DNA of 64,000 nucleotides from Oculina patagonica (lineage: Eukaryota): the NCBI RefSeq assembly GCF_052425735.1, contig NC_135767.1:3906001-3970000 (forward strand), in the 5' to 3' direction. Positions 50,501 through 63,077 of this stretch are shown here, in pieces. Every line of letters begins with the position of its first letter. Within the stretch, counting starts at the first letter, position 1. Under the pieces are notes generated by a model. The model was given only the letters and a program-made list of their open reading frames with translations. It did not search any database and was not told where the DNA came from. The position numbers were made by a program, and so were the translations under genes.

Positions 50501-53500
50501 ATGGCCATGCAAAACGGTTCTAACAGTAATGGAATGTTGTGGGAGCGAGCAAAAGAACTGTTAAAAAAGGAAGAGTATGAGCGACTCAAAATCGCAATCA
50601 AAACGTTCTCGAAGACGCGATCGGTGGAAGATTTGTGTTCGGATCTTCTCAAAATTGTTAATTCACGTTCAAAGGTTGACATACTTACAGAGGTCAGGCA
50701 ATGTCTTCCAAAGAATCAAAGAAACAAGTTTACCCGTCATTGCAACGAGATACTGAAAATCGAAGCTATGCGTGAACGAGGAGATTTGGAGAAGAAGAGA
50801 AAAATTGAGGCGAAGGAGTCGGAAAGAGAAAACAGCACTCCAAATTTTCAAGGCAGTCCTGCTAAGAAGACAAAGAAAAACAAGGAGAAACCGCCGAGTT
50901 CTAGAGAATCAAAAAGTCTGGCAAATCACGCTAGAAAAATTGACGAAACTGACGTCGAAAAACCAGCCCTTGGATCTCACGGCGAAGTACAGAGGATTGT
51001 TGTTATGGAAAGGAAATCTTTGAATCAGGGATTTGGTTTTAGGATACGCGGTGGAACGTTTTATCAACCTTCAATAACTGTAGCTCAAGTAGCAAAAGAT
51101 TCGCTTGCTGACAGGCAGGGATTGAAAAGCGGTGATAGAATTCTTCGAGTTAATGACCAGCGTTGTGGAAGAGATGGTGTGGACATTGCTCAAGTCAGTG
51201 AAATAATCAAAGCAGCAAAGTCAATCCGCATGCGAATTGTTCCTGCAGAAGCCTTCTCCAAAGATGAACACAAGGTTCAAGATGTCGTAGAAGCAAAAGG
51301 ATACAAACCACTACCAAAAAAACCGGTTGTTAAAGCAGAGGAGAAAAGAGTTTGTGTTTACCCAGATGAAGGTGGTTGGTTAGGGTGTTGTATCAGGGGG
51401 TATGTATCTTGTCATCATATATATTGTGGGGGGTGGGGTGGACGTGGGAACCTAAGATGATAAGGGGTGGGAGGGGTGCATTTTACTAGGAGAAGTAAAA
51501 GGTACAGGAAGTGGAATGTTGAGAGCCCCTGCCCTCCACCCTCCCCCCTCTCCCACTACTTTTATATTGTTGTTACCCTAGCCAGATTCCTAGAAGCTCA
51601 CCTGAAATGTCAGTTGACCCTCTGTGCAGCCCTCCTGTATTGTCCAACTTACTCTAGGGTGAGTTAAGTTTGCATCCTGCAGCAGGACTCCACTGCAGTT
51701 CATGTGCCTAGGCTCAAGGGTCATTGTGTCGGAAAAGAAACTTGGGTGTATCAGTCTCTCTCGAGACCCTGCCAGGGGGGTTCCCGTGTCACTTGTCTTA
51801 ATTTAAAAATGTTCCGTGTCACTGTTTTATCGCTCTTCGTGTCGCTGTTGGTTATTAAATTGAAGCAAAATTGCCTGTCCTGTCGAAATTTAAGTTTTTT
51901 TTATAAGGGTTGTCGTTTGTCGCGATTTTATTTTATGTGCTGTCACTACTTTTTGGGCCATGTCGCTTGTCAGAATTTACCCTGGCAGGGCCTCTCTCTC
52001 CACCCAGGAGTGTAAATGGGAACACCAGTTTCAGCAAACTGTTAGGACAACCTGACAGAAATGCTGGTGATGGACCAGCATCCCATCCAGGGGGAGTAAC
52101 AATGTCCCTTATTGCTTCATGGGTTGACAGTGATCACTGATGAGCAATCCTAAGCATTGGAACACTTATTGGGTTTGATTGATAGATCGTGGATGTGGGG
52201 TAGGCCCATGGTTAACATTGTTGTTTCTCTTTTTGTTTTTCAGTGGCAAGGATTATGCTTGTGATGTGCATGTTATCTCAGTTGACAATGACTCCCCTGC
52301 GGAGAGGGCTGGTGTGAAGGCTGCGGATGTGATTATTGAGGTAAGTTTTCTCAAATCTTATAGTTGTTAGTTGTAAATTCTAAGAAAGGAAGAGGGAACA
52401 GTATGTACATGTAAAGCATGCTAAGCGTGAGAACCTGTGAGAATAACCTAGGAGGGCTCCATAAGTGGGAGGGGGTGGTTGTTGAGGACTTTCCCAAACT
52501 TACCACTGTATTCACCTGTGAACAACCTGCTTTAGGGTTGTCACATCACAAGGGGCAAATGTGAAACATGCTAATTCAGTTGCAGCTTTGACTGGCTGCA
52601 TTGCATTAGTGTGGTTACTGGGCACTTACATTGTACCTTTAATCCCAGAAGTTTGATTGTTTGTCCAAATTGATTTGATTGCCTGATACCTGACTTCTTT
52701 TTGTCTTTGTTAGGTGAATGGAACCAGTACAAGGGATTTGACACATGTCCAAGTTGTGAGGCTTGTTATTACATCTGGTCCTTGTGTCACATTTTCATTG
52801 AAGTCAGGTGGAAAGAAAAGGAAACAATCTTCAAGGCAACAGCCAGGGGTGCGACCAACCCCTCTAAGAACCCAACACAGAAGATCACATGATGTAACTC
52901 CCCCAGGAAGCCCAACTTTTAGACTGTTCCATCTTCCTGGGTATCCACACAGGCAACAAGGTGCAGCAGTGGACTCTCCCTCGCAGCTTCCTATGGACGT
53001 TATGAGACTGGACTGCATGCCACCACCTCCGTATACCCCTGAGGTACCATCCAGACACAGACTGTTAGCTAAGGGAGGAGAGGGACAAGAACCACAGGGG
53101 TCCCCTTACCAGCAACCACCAAACGCCTCTCACCAACAGCAACCACAAGGATCCTCTTACCAAGACAAAGCACAGGGAACCCCCATCAAACAAGAAGCAC
53201 AGGACACCCCTTGCCAAGAAGAGCCACAGGACACTTCTTACCAACAAGAACCACTGGGATCCTCTTACCAACAAGAGCCACAGGAAACGCATTGCAAAGA
53301 AGTTGCCATGGAGATCATTGATGACACAGATAGACAGCCATCAAATACAACTTGCCTGCTAAATCCACCTATTGGTGATGGTAATGACGTAGGGTTTGAC
53401 AAAAATCTTGAAAATGTATTCCAGGATGGTGGTCTAATGGAGCAAGATTGTGCACCACACCCAATAATAAATGTTATGCCACAAGAAGACAAGACATCAT

Positions 53501-53934
53501 CACTTGAAAAAGAAGCTTTGATCAATGACACCACCAGAGAAACATCAACAGGATTGGATCTAGCAGTTAGCAATGGCAGTTTGTCCCCTTCCACAAGCCA
53601 GTCGCCAGTTGCAGGGAGTGGACGAGAATCATTTCTCAGCCAGATAAGGCAGTTTAACAAAGCAAAACTAAAGAAACCGATCACATATTCCCAAGGAAGT
53701 AATTCTTCTGATCAGCTTCAAAGCTTGTCCAGTGAAAGTAATCACACTCCTGATGAATTGCAGCAGACAGAGGATGAGAAGGATTGCCCTCAAGGAAGTG
53801 TAGATGCTACTAACTTGTTATCTGTTCTTAACCAGGTGTTACAAAACAGAGCAAGAGTATTGCACGACACTTTAAGCAGTGCAGACGAGTTTGACAGTAG
53901 TGATGATGATGATGACACTGAGTGGGAATTGTGA
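50501..53934 (+). CDS. Harmonin-N-like domain + 2 PDZ + Pro/Gln-rich + WH2-central-acidic protein (about 738 aa)
   Basis: Exons 50501-51399, 52244-52340, 52714-53934 (phases 2,0). HHD-like helical N-terminus; PDZ1 GFGFRIRGG...GLKSGDRILRVND; PDZ2 WLGCCIRGGKDY...SPAERAGVKAADVIIEVNG; tail GRESFLSQIRQFNKAKLKKP...LLSVLNQVLQNRAR...DDDDDTEWEL. Confidence 0.88.
51763..51994. mobile_element. Sola-like MITE inserted into a SINE remnant
   Basis: TIRs GAGACCCTGCCAGGG / CCCTGGCAGGGCCTC; 4-bp TCTC flanks; the SINE motif CTCTCTCCACCCAGG is split. Confidence 0.7.
53083..53295 (+). repeat. Coding 30-bp degenerate tandem repeat (QEPQGSSYQQ-like x about 7)
   Basis: Repeated CAAGAA(C/G)CACAGG...CC.CTTACCAA units. 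Confidence 0.85.
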
Positions 53935-55084
53935 TTTGCCATCAATCCTAGCATAATAGCCAGAGGAACATGCTTTGCTTTGTGATGTTATGCCTGCCTA
54001 CAAAAAATGTGGGCTTAGTGGCTTATCACAGGTTTTTCAGCGTTAAGTGACTATATAGGAGTATTGCTACTCCACCTGGGATGAAATACTAGTGCATAGC
54101 AGGACCCCCCCCCCCAGCATTTTCTTAGGTATTTCTAGTTTCCTTGTACCCATAATTTATACACCTGGGTGAACAGAGGCAACATTAACTGTCAGATCGC
54201 AAGTCTCCCAGCATATAATACATCTACTTATCATCTTTGGACTCGTGACCTAGCAACAAAAAAAGAACAGTTTTAAAGGTAGACTGACAGTCAGATTTTT
54301 AACATTTGGACATCCAAATGTATCAGTCTGCAACTAAAATGTGGTCAGGCCTCATATACATTTGAGTTTGGCTCAAATTCCATTGCATGCGATAATTTTG
54401 TATTATTGTGTCTTTAAATTTTTGTACCATAACTGATGAAATATCTTCCGTATAAGAAAAATTATACAGTAACTGTTGTAAATTAAAAATTGCTCCCAAT
54501 CGCCCTCAATATGGCTTTAGGGTTAGGGGTAGTGTTAGGGTTTCGAAACCCTTGTGTGGGATCATTCAAACATACAATGTACTATCATAAGTGGAATTCA
54601 TTTTGTTTTCAATGTTTTAATGCAATCAATAATAATTATTTAACATTTTTTCCAAGTTTGAATATGGGATTGTGAAATGGTTATAACTATTAGATGATAT
54701 GATAATTTGAGTATTAGGATATTGTCTAGTTTTGACAGGGTTGCTTTTGGGTCAGTGGTGATCAGACAGGTCTCTCTCCAGGAATGTGAACCTTAAGTTA
54801 ATTATAGACATGTTAATTATCAGCCAATAAACACACACATGAGATACAATCAAAGTTTTATTCAAGTTGGTGCTGAATCCCTCCCTAAGTATGTTTTCAA
54901 TTTAGTAATTTGTACAATGTACATGTAATTCAAAGTGGAAAATATTCACGGCCATTTTAACACAATTTCTTTTTTCACAAATGGCCCCATTTGAAAAATA
55001 ATGTAGGACTTTAATTGTGTGAGTGTTAATGGTAATTAGGTTTTACAAACTAATCAGAGACACTTATAAAGTTAATTCTCAAAC

Positions 55085-55119
<35 letters not shown>

Positions 55120-55822
55120 TATAACCGTGACGGTGGTTTGGAAACCCGATCTTAATTAGCATAGATTTTTACGATTTTATTTCTCCGTTTACTCCGTAGT
55201 TTTTGTTTCGATTGAGAAGATATATCAAACACTCGAGACAGTGTTTCATCGGCTATCCAAACACCTCGAATTTCGTCAAAAATACTCCGCTGCGCGTCGT
55301 ATTTTCAACTCTCTTCTCGGTGTTTGGATATCCCGATGAAACACTGCCTCTCGTGTTTGATATATTACATAAAAATTATAAAAAAGTCACATAAAATAAA
55401 GAGCAAAGTTAGGGTATTTTCCCTATAAAAGACTAAAAAATGTCATATAAGTTTGAATTTGAATTTACATTTGTGCAGACAAATTCAGTTACATACATTT
55501 AGCAAACTATTATTAACACTACAGTATAATAAAATCAGAACGTACCTACCGGTACATATTTTGGGAAAATTATAAATTATGTTTGATAATATTCTAACTA
55601 AAGGTTAATCAACTGGGGTATAAAGTACTTTTTTTTTTCTGATGCTAGAGATCAAAGAAGGCAAATGGCTCATGATTCCCTCTCACTCTAAGGTATGTTG
55701 CTAATAAACATGTTCCTAGTAGGTTCCTTTTAACTTTGTTAACTTTGTATTGTATTTGTAAGTTTTAGGTGTATATACATTTCAAGATCAATATACCATG
55801 TACACTTCATAGTCAAAGTAGT

Positions 55823-55990
55823 CAGGGCTGTCATTAAGGGCCGTAACCCGTAACACCTGTTACAGCTGAGCTCACTCAATGTTACGGGTGAAAATGTTGA
55901 TTGGCGTTATGTTACACTTGCATACAGAACGAAATGCTACGAGTGATAGCTTCAATGTTACAGCTGCTTAAGAACTTAATGACAGCCCTG
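55823..55990. mobile_element. Small hAT-like MITE
   Basis: TIRs CAGGGCTGTCATTAAG/CTTAATGACAGCCCTG; flanks AAAGTAGT vs GTAGTAGT (6/8 match). Confidence 0.75.
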
Positions 55991-56551
55991 GTAGTAGTCA
56001 CTCATTTGGGAGCCTTGTGTTTGAGCCCTGATTTAAAGAAGAGCACTAAGTTAAACTAGAACAATGCCTTAATTAAACAAAATATACAAAAATTATGTTT
56101 TATTTTTGGTGAATGTTAGATTTTTATAAAAAATATAATAAGTTGATTGTTTTGCATCTCTATCACTCGAAACACTCATGTTTGACTCCCACAAGATCGT
56201 CAAGTTCGTTTCTTAGTTGAATGTTTTGTTACTGGCTATATACCGGTACATGCATAAAAACTGTTGCATACGCTATAATGCGTTACCATGTCATGTTCAT
56301 CATTATGATGATAAGTGTTTGTTCTCCATTAGTCAGTAGCATTGCCACTTACTAACTGATAATTATATTATAATGGTTTGATCACTCCTGCTATATATTA
56401 CAATTTATGGCCTTTAATTTAAGGCCAATAAGACCTTTTGTGAAATGAAACAAAATTTTATATACTGTACACAAATGATAGTTATTGCCTCTAATAATAA
56501 TTATTGCTAATAATGCAGGTTTTTACCGTTAAGAATTTGCTTAGAAGACTT

Positions 56552-59500
56552 TTAAATGTAAGTCTCTTTTACATTTTCTTGTTGGTACTCAAAGCACTTT
56601 GTGCAGTTTTCTGTCCAGGTTTTTAATAAGTCCAGCAAGTCATGTCGCTCTGTTTTATCAAAGACATCCATTAACACTCCAACTGTGGCCCCTCTACCCT
56701 TTCGTGCCACCCATTCGTTTAAGAGATGGTCAGTAGGTTGATCACTATTTCTGAGCAAAGAAATCTCAGGCCTGAAAAATCCAAGCTTCTCACCCAAGAT
56801 GCGGTAGTCATGGTGGAAGAAAGGGGTAACGATATCCAATTTTAAGCAAATGAAATAGTAGATTTCCCCTGGAAGATGCTCGATAGTTTGTTCTCTTTTG
56901 TCAGGTAGGGAAATTGACAAACAGTTCTGGCAAAGAGGTATGTCTTGGTCTGTTTGTGTTCCACGTGGATCAGGGGGTGTAGGGAGTGGAGTGCCTGATT
57001 CCTGTATGCCAAAGCAATCAGGGCTACTGCTTGCTCCATTCACGAATCCTCTGTCTTGATCAGGTGTTGAAGGTGAGTGCCCTGCATATACAGACCTGGA
57101 TGTGAGTTTGGCATCATTGACATTAGGGCCTGTGCCTTGTTCTTCTTGTTGACATGTTGGTGGTTCATGTGGCTTGGGCTGTACAAGGAGTGAAGTGCCC
57201 AACTCCTCTTTGCTACTGAAACCAGGGTTATGGCTTGCTCCATTCATGTATCCTATGTCGTGATCAGGTTGCGGGGGCAGGAACCCTACATATGCAGACA
57301 TGGGTGCGAGTTTAGCATCATTGACATGGGGGCTTGTGCCAGCTTGTTCTTCTTGATGACATGTTGTTTTTGGTGTTTCACATGGCTCGGGGGGTACAAG
57401 GAGTGGAGTGGCTATGGCACTCATGTCTTGATCAGGTGGTGAAGGCAGGGGCCCTAGTGCAGGCACTGGTATGGGTTTAGCACCATTGCCAGAAGGGCTT
57501 GTGCCTTTTTCTTTTTGCTGACAGGTTAAATCAATGGTTGGCAACTCATCTGCTTGGAAACTGTTGACGTAACGAATCTGTGCTTCGCTTAGGGATTTGC
57601 GTAGATATCCATTTTCTACCTCCGCTGGCCAGGTGCAGTTGCTGTCCCTATTATGGAAGTTTTCTTCATGCAGCAAATCTTGGGGTTCCTCAATTGATAA
57701 TTTTACTGAGGTTTTAGCTCTCTGGAGTTTGGTTTTCACCTCGTTGAAAGTGAGACCTTTCACTGCCTGTCCATTGATTGCTGTGATCTTGCATCCAGGG
57801 TTGAGGTATGAACACATCGCGGCAGGTGTCTTGCCAGCAGCAATTTGTGTCACAATCGGGCAGGGCTGTTCAAGTTGATTCTGTACAAAGTGGTGAGTAC
57901 ATTATCATTCAGTAGATAGTTTGGAACCCTAGTACTCTGGCTAAAGGCATTTAACTTTGGATCAAACCTGGCCAAGACTGATAATAATCATAATGGTGAC
58001 GATGACAATGATGGTAATGAAAATTTATTTAAGAAAAAAGTCTTTTAAATGAACTGCTCCCAAAGTAGCAGATCAGATAAAATTAGGAAAAGCTATGGAG
58101 TAATTAATGTTCTGTAGGGAACAAAGAGAAGAGTTCAGTTAAAGTCTGCATCCAAGCCTTATGTGGCCCATCAGGCCAGAGCTTAAATATTATTTTTGGT
58201 TTTAGTGGCATAAAGTAACAAGGAGTATATATTTCTACTGGTTGGGATGCTATTCCATCGCAGGGTTACCCCCAGCAGTGAATATTTAATGGCTGATAAA
58301 AACTTTAAATATGTATGGGAAAAGTAATCTCTAGCCTATTCTACCATTTTTGGTGGCACTTTGGTTGCTTAATTCAGTTTAATATTTTGTGCACTATTAA
58401 TTGACATTCACTCAAAAATTGGATGTGTTTGAAACACGTGTTGCACTTGCATATTTCAAATATTTGCAGTAAATCTCCATTGATTATTGTGGTTTTCAAT
58501 TTATTTTCTTTGGGGTTTTTAAAGATAAGAACAGTGGAAAATCATGAATTATCTTGGTAATGTAAGTAAGCTTGTAAAAGATTTATTGGACAGTTTACCT
58601 GAGCAAATCTAAACTTAAAGCCATAGTTCATCTTTGGGTTGCTCTTCTTCAACTCAGCTTCAAGCCGTCTCCATCCTAAATATTCCGGTGAATCTATTGC
58701 ATATCTGGTAAGATATCCTTGAAAAAGAAAAATATATATTTACTTTTAGTTTTCAATTTACAGCAAGGCGCCCAAATGTGTGACCACTTTTAATTTATTC
58801 ACATTCTTTCGTGCAGATTTAATCCAATCAGAAGTCAACTGCAAGCTATCCACGGCTTTTGATTGGATTAAATCTGCACGAAAGAATGTGAATAAATTAA
58901 AAGTGGTCACACATTTGGGCGCCTTGCTGTAAATGTGATATGAGTGACACAGTGTCCTCCCATATATTGTGACGGACTCTATTAATCCCCAGGTGGTCAG
59001 GGGGTACTCACTGGTTGCACAGTCTCCCGAGCCAAAGGCTCAGTTACTAGCTTAATCTTTATAAATTATAACATTAACAATTTATAACAAAAACATAAAA
59101 ATGTTCCTCAGATAGATCTAGGATGTTTCCTAAATATTTATAACTAATGCTAATATTAAAAATACAAATCAGTCCTAAGAATCTAAAAAAAATAAAACAA
59201 AAACACAAATAAGGGGGGGTGGGTGGGTATTTTCTGGAACAAAACCTTACAACATTGTGCTGGGTAGCAGTCTCCGCAGACAAATAAATTATTGTAGTGT
59301 ACATAAACACCTATGTGGGGACATACCATACTGCCGCCATTGCCGTCTCTGAATGGTTAACTTGATCCCCTGTTGAAGATTAAGCTGGTGAATTATCTGT
59401 TGTAGCTCTTTATATGTCTTGTCTTGAAGTGTGGCATGCTCGTTGATGGCAATAACTTTGTCTCCTCGTTTCAGTCCCTTCAGGTCTATCTTGTTTTGGA

Positions 59501-62426
59501 AAATCTTGTCAACTAGTGGATATGTTTTGCTGTTGTCATCTAAATCCTGAAGGATAGAACATACTCTTATTAGACCAGAAACTAGTAGTTTGTTATCATC
59601 CTGGAACAGTCTGAACAGTAGATTTATAAAGTACAGTGTTATATTAGCCTTCAGGTGCAGAATAGTTAACCGTAATGCCACAGCTTGATGCGGAAAGTTT
59701 CTAAAATTAGACTTTGCCTGTTGATTTTATTTTTTATTAACTAATGAAAAAAAAAAAAGAATACTGAGAGAATATAGCTCATTAAATGTACCCTTGAGAG
59801 AAGATTATGCTTGGCTATAATTATTACATATGTTCACTGACTGTGAGGAAAAGTACAACTTTGTAAACATGAAACTGATGTACAGCATTGTAACTTTGGG
59901 AAAAGTGACTTCCAGGTATTTTCAAAACTACAAACTTCTAATCAATTCTATTACAACTTACACTGATTCTACATGCATTTCTTTGTTTGTTGAGTTATGT
60001 TCAAGTCTTAAGATTAAAATACAGGGTACCATATTTTCTCAATTAAACACCACAGGTACTGAATAAACGCCATGAGGTCTCCGAAGTAGAGTTGAAAATA
60101 TTCCCTTTTGGTATTTATTTGAGGTAAAACAAGCTGTAAGTATATTAGCCAGATCATGTTTGTCAACAAAAAAAATGAATAAAAACCCTTGCTTAATGAG
60201 CACCAGGCTTGAATAAACTGCAGGAGTCAAATAAACACCAGGTCCACCAGGTTTTAAAGTTTGCAATAAACACCAGCTGGGACAAGATTGCATCTATGTC
60301 CCCAGTTGCCACAATTGTTCTGGTCTGTGCCAGGGATCAGGACCCCTGGGCTAATGTGAAAGACCACCAAAAAGACGGCCGAATCTGATTGGCTGTTGAA
60401 AACCTGTTCATTTCACCACAATCTCCGGTGCACCCATACAATCAAACCGGAACCAGGATTTCCTGGATCCAGTTTGGGATTAGCCCAGAACCATTGAGAT
60501 TCATTGACTGCTGGTCAAGGGGACAAGATTGGGAAGAAGTCAAATGCTGACTGATAAACATGGTTAATGAGGAGGAAGTCTGAAATTTAAAACCTATCCT
60601 GATAATATATGTAACAAAATACTTACAGGGTGAAAGATGTCAAGAGCAAAAGGCAGATCCTTGAGTCTGACTTTATGGTTGATCGTCACTTGATTTGGAT
60701 CCCAAATATTAAATTCTTGGTGTTTTATTGGCTTTCTTACAATGAGAATCAGAGTATCATCTTGGCATGCAAATTTCACTCTGTGAAGAAAAGTTTCGTC
60801 TTTGTTACAAGTATTTGCACCACTGATTGAAGTTATCCAGTCACCAGCTTCCAACGTATTTAACACAGCACTGTCCTTGTCTTGTGTGTAATCCACTATC
60901 CAATAGTAGTATGGTGGAACTCTGTCAGCATCCTAAAAGAAAAACAGGAGGCAGGTTATCCTAAGTTTGTATTTTTTCTTATGTAAATATTGTAAATTAA
61001 GGATAAAACAACCTATTATAGGATATCCTTATAAATGTAAGCTAATATTGTATTGTATTGTATTGTATTATTGTAGTATTTAAATACTAGTTATGCAATG
61101 TTTTCGAGTGGTATACTTAACAATAATTATTCCACGAGTGCGCGTTGGATATGAGATGGTAGATAACCAATGAGGCATGTATCACCGAGTTGGCTATAAC
61201 AATCTCATATCCAAAACGCCCAAAGCAATTTTGCAATATTTGAGCTCCCCAGCTGTTTTTGTTGACGCATATCAGCTACCACATTTTTTTTTTTGGTTTC
61301 TCGGTATACATACTCGCCTAAAGGCTCGTGTGTATACCAAGAAAATACAAGTGACTCGTGGGATATTCCATATTATTAAAAAATAGCAATGGTATATTGC
61401 AATTCCTGTCAGTTTTGATTGGTTAACAGACAATGGTATTTGAGCTCATATACCATTCACCTCAAATGTATACAGCAAGAAAGTGTTGTGTAACTATTTT
61501 ACTTTAAAATACTAAATTTCGGTGAGAATAAGATCGCAGCGCACGATGGGAACGTTGGGTTGAATACCGTTGAATATACAATGGCTTTCCTGTATTCTGA
61601 TTGGCTGTATTTTCTATGGCATGGTTAAAGTATTGTATTGTATTGTACATGCAATCAGTGTAAAAAATCAAATCTCTAATAAAGTTCCTCACCACATGTA
61701 TACATTTGCAAGTTCTAGATGTTGTGTCTAGTATATGGCATGCATTGTTGTATAATCAGTGGGTAAAACCACTTAAATTTCCACTTGATCAGATGCATTT
61801 ACAAGCAGAAGCAGGCTCTCTTCGGGGATAACGCACGAGTAGCAATGCCGCGAGTTTCGGCGCGCGAAGCGAGCTGCTGACGTGCATATCATTACCCCTA
61901 AAGAGAGCCTGCTCACAGGCTAAGTGAAACTATTCTATGGAACATTCTGTTTTATCGCAAGCGATTATATATCCAGATTCTTGTCCACAGAGGGTGGGGG
62001 TTTGCATTTGTAGCGCGAGATCAGTATCATCTCAGAAATTTTTTGTCACGATGCTCATTTTCATCCATCATCTGCACATAACAGATATCCTGCGATATCC
62101 GTAGGTTCGTCCGAAGTTTTGCAAGGCGCTAGAACTCGCGCGGAATATCGCGTGATGGTATCGCGTGCTAGTATCAAGCGATATAGACAAAAATGCACAC
62201 CACTAGATTATAGGTCAGCTTGCCGAATCATTACTAAACATATACTGACTTGACTTCATTATTAAAAAAAAATTCTATCATGATTATAACTTACGATTTT
62301 GACGGAAATCGAGCAGTCAAGGCAATCCAGCTCTAACGTTATTTCTGGGCCATAAATTGTTAACTCTGGAAAGCTACACGCATTGTGCACACGTGGCGTC
62401 TCTCTCTCTAAGCCTACATTTGCCAT
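56552..62426 (-). CDS. Multi-PDZ protein with a C-terminal death domain (about 719 aa)
   Basis: Exons (minus) 62426-62295, 60932-60627, 59600-59327, 58717-58599, 57880-56552; phases 0,0,1,0; 2160 nt. PDZ-like segments LEAGDWITSISG, LKRGDKVIAINE, YGFKF...LNPGCKITAINGQAV; death-fold pattern LKLD...DYRILGEKLGF...I......PTDHLLNEW......TVGVLMDVFDKTERHDLLDLL. Confidence 0.8.
58756..58934. repeat. Perfect inverted repeat (foldback element): 75-bp arms, 29-nt spacer
   Basis: 58756-58830 is the reverse complement of 58860-58934. Confidence 0.95.
61810..61922. mobile_element. Small MITE
   Basis: AGCAGGCTCTCTTCGGGGATAA / TTACCCCTAAAGAGAGCCTGCT inverted pair. Confidence 0.6.
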
Positions 62427-62793
62427 GCTTACGAATAACAGATAACTGTGAAAAAGCAAACGAATTGCAATGTGCTCTCTATTCTGCAGGAGTTCTGGAA
62501 TGTGCTTGCTCCAGCTATTTTACTGGAACATATTTCTCTTGACTGGAATTAAAATTCGGGGAATCCCCTACTCTAGCTCGACCAATAAGAATCAGAGGCT
62601 ATAGTGTCCCCGGAATGTCACGCGCCTTCACGCGCCTAAAGTCAATGACACTTCCTGTTTTTCTCCTGAGAAATGAAAATATTACACCCCCTTAAGAAGA
62701 AGAACATGATGCTTGGGGGTTAAATAATCGTCGTAAATAGGAAAGAACGAGCATGACAATAGTTCCTCTATTGGGCCGAGCTAAAAAAGCTTA

Positions 62794-63023
62794 CTGGTTT
62801 TCACTAGCGACGCAAGCACAAGCGCAAGCACAAGCACAAGCACAAGTGCAAGAATAACAGCTCTTATTTCACCGTGAAAACGGCTTCGACTCAAGCAAAA
62901 GAACAAGCGCATTGCAGTTTTATGCCTGTGCTTGTGCTTACGGCAAGCACAAGAACAAGGATCAAAATTTGTCCTTTTTGCGTGATTGCGCTTTGTGTTT
63001 GCGTCGCTTGTGAAAACTAGGCT
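62794..63023. mobile_element. Harbinger-like MITE with CACAAG/CGCAAG repeats, in a divergent promoter
   Basis: CTGGTTTTCACTAGCGACGCAA / TTGCGTCGCTTGTGAAAACTAG. Confidence 0.7.
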
Positions 63024-63077
63024 TTACCCCTCCCGCCCCTTCTTGTTTTTTTCTCGGCCCAATCCTCCTTCGTGCGC

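Noticed and set aside
50501-53934. Naming the gene WHRN, USH1C, PDZD7 or GRID2IP
   Set aside because: It lacks the third PDZ, the second HHD and the FH2 domain, and has a WCA tail instead; orthology cannot be assigned by eye.
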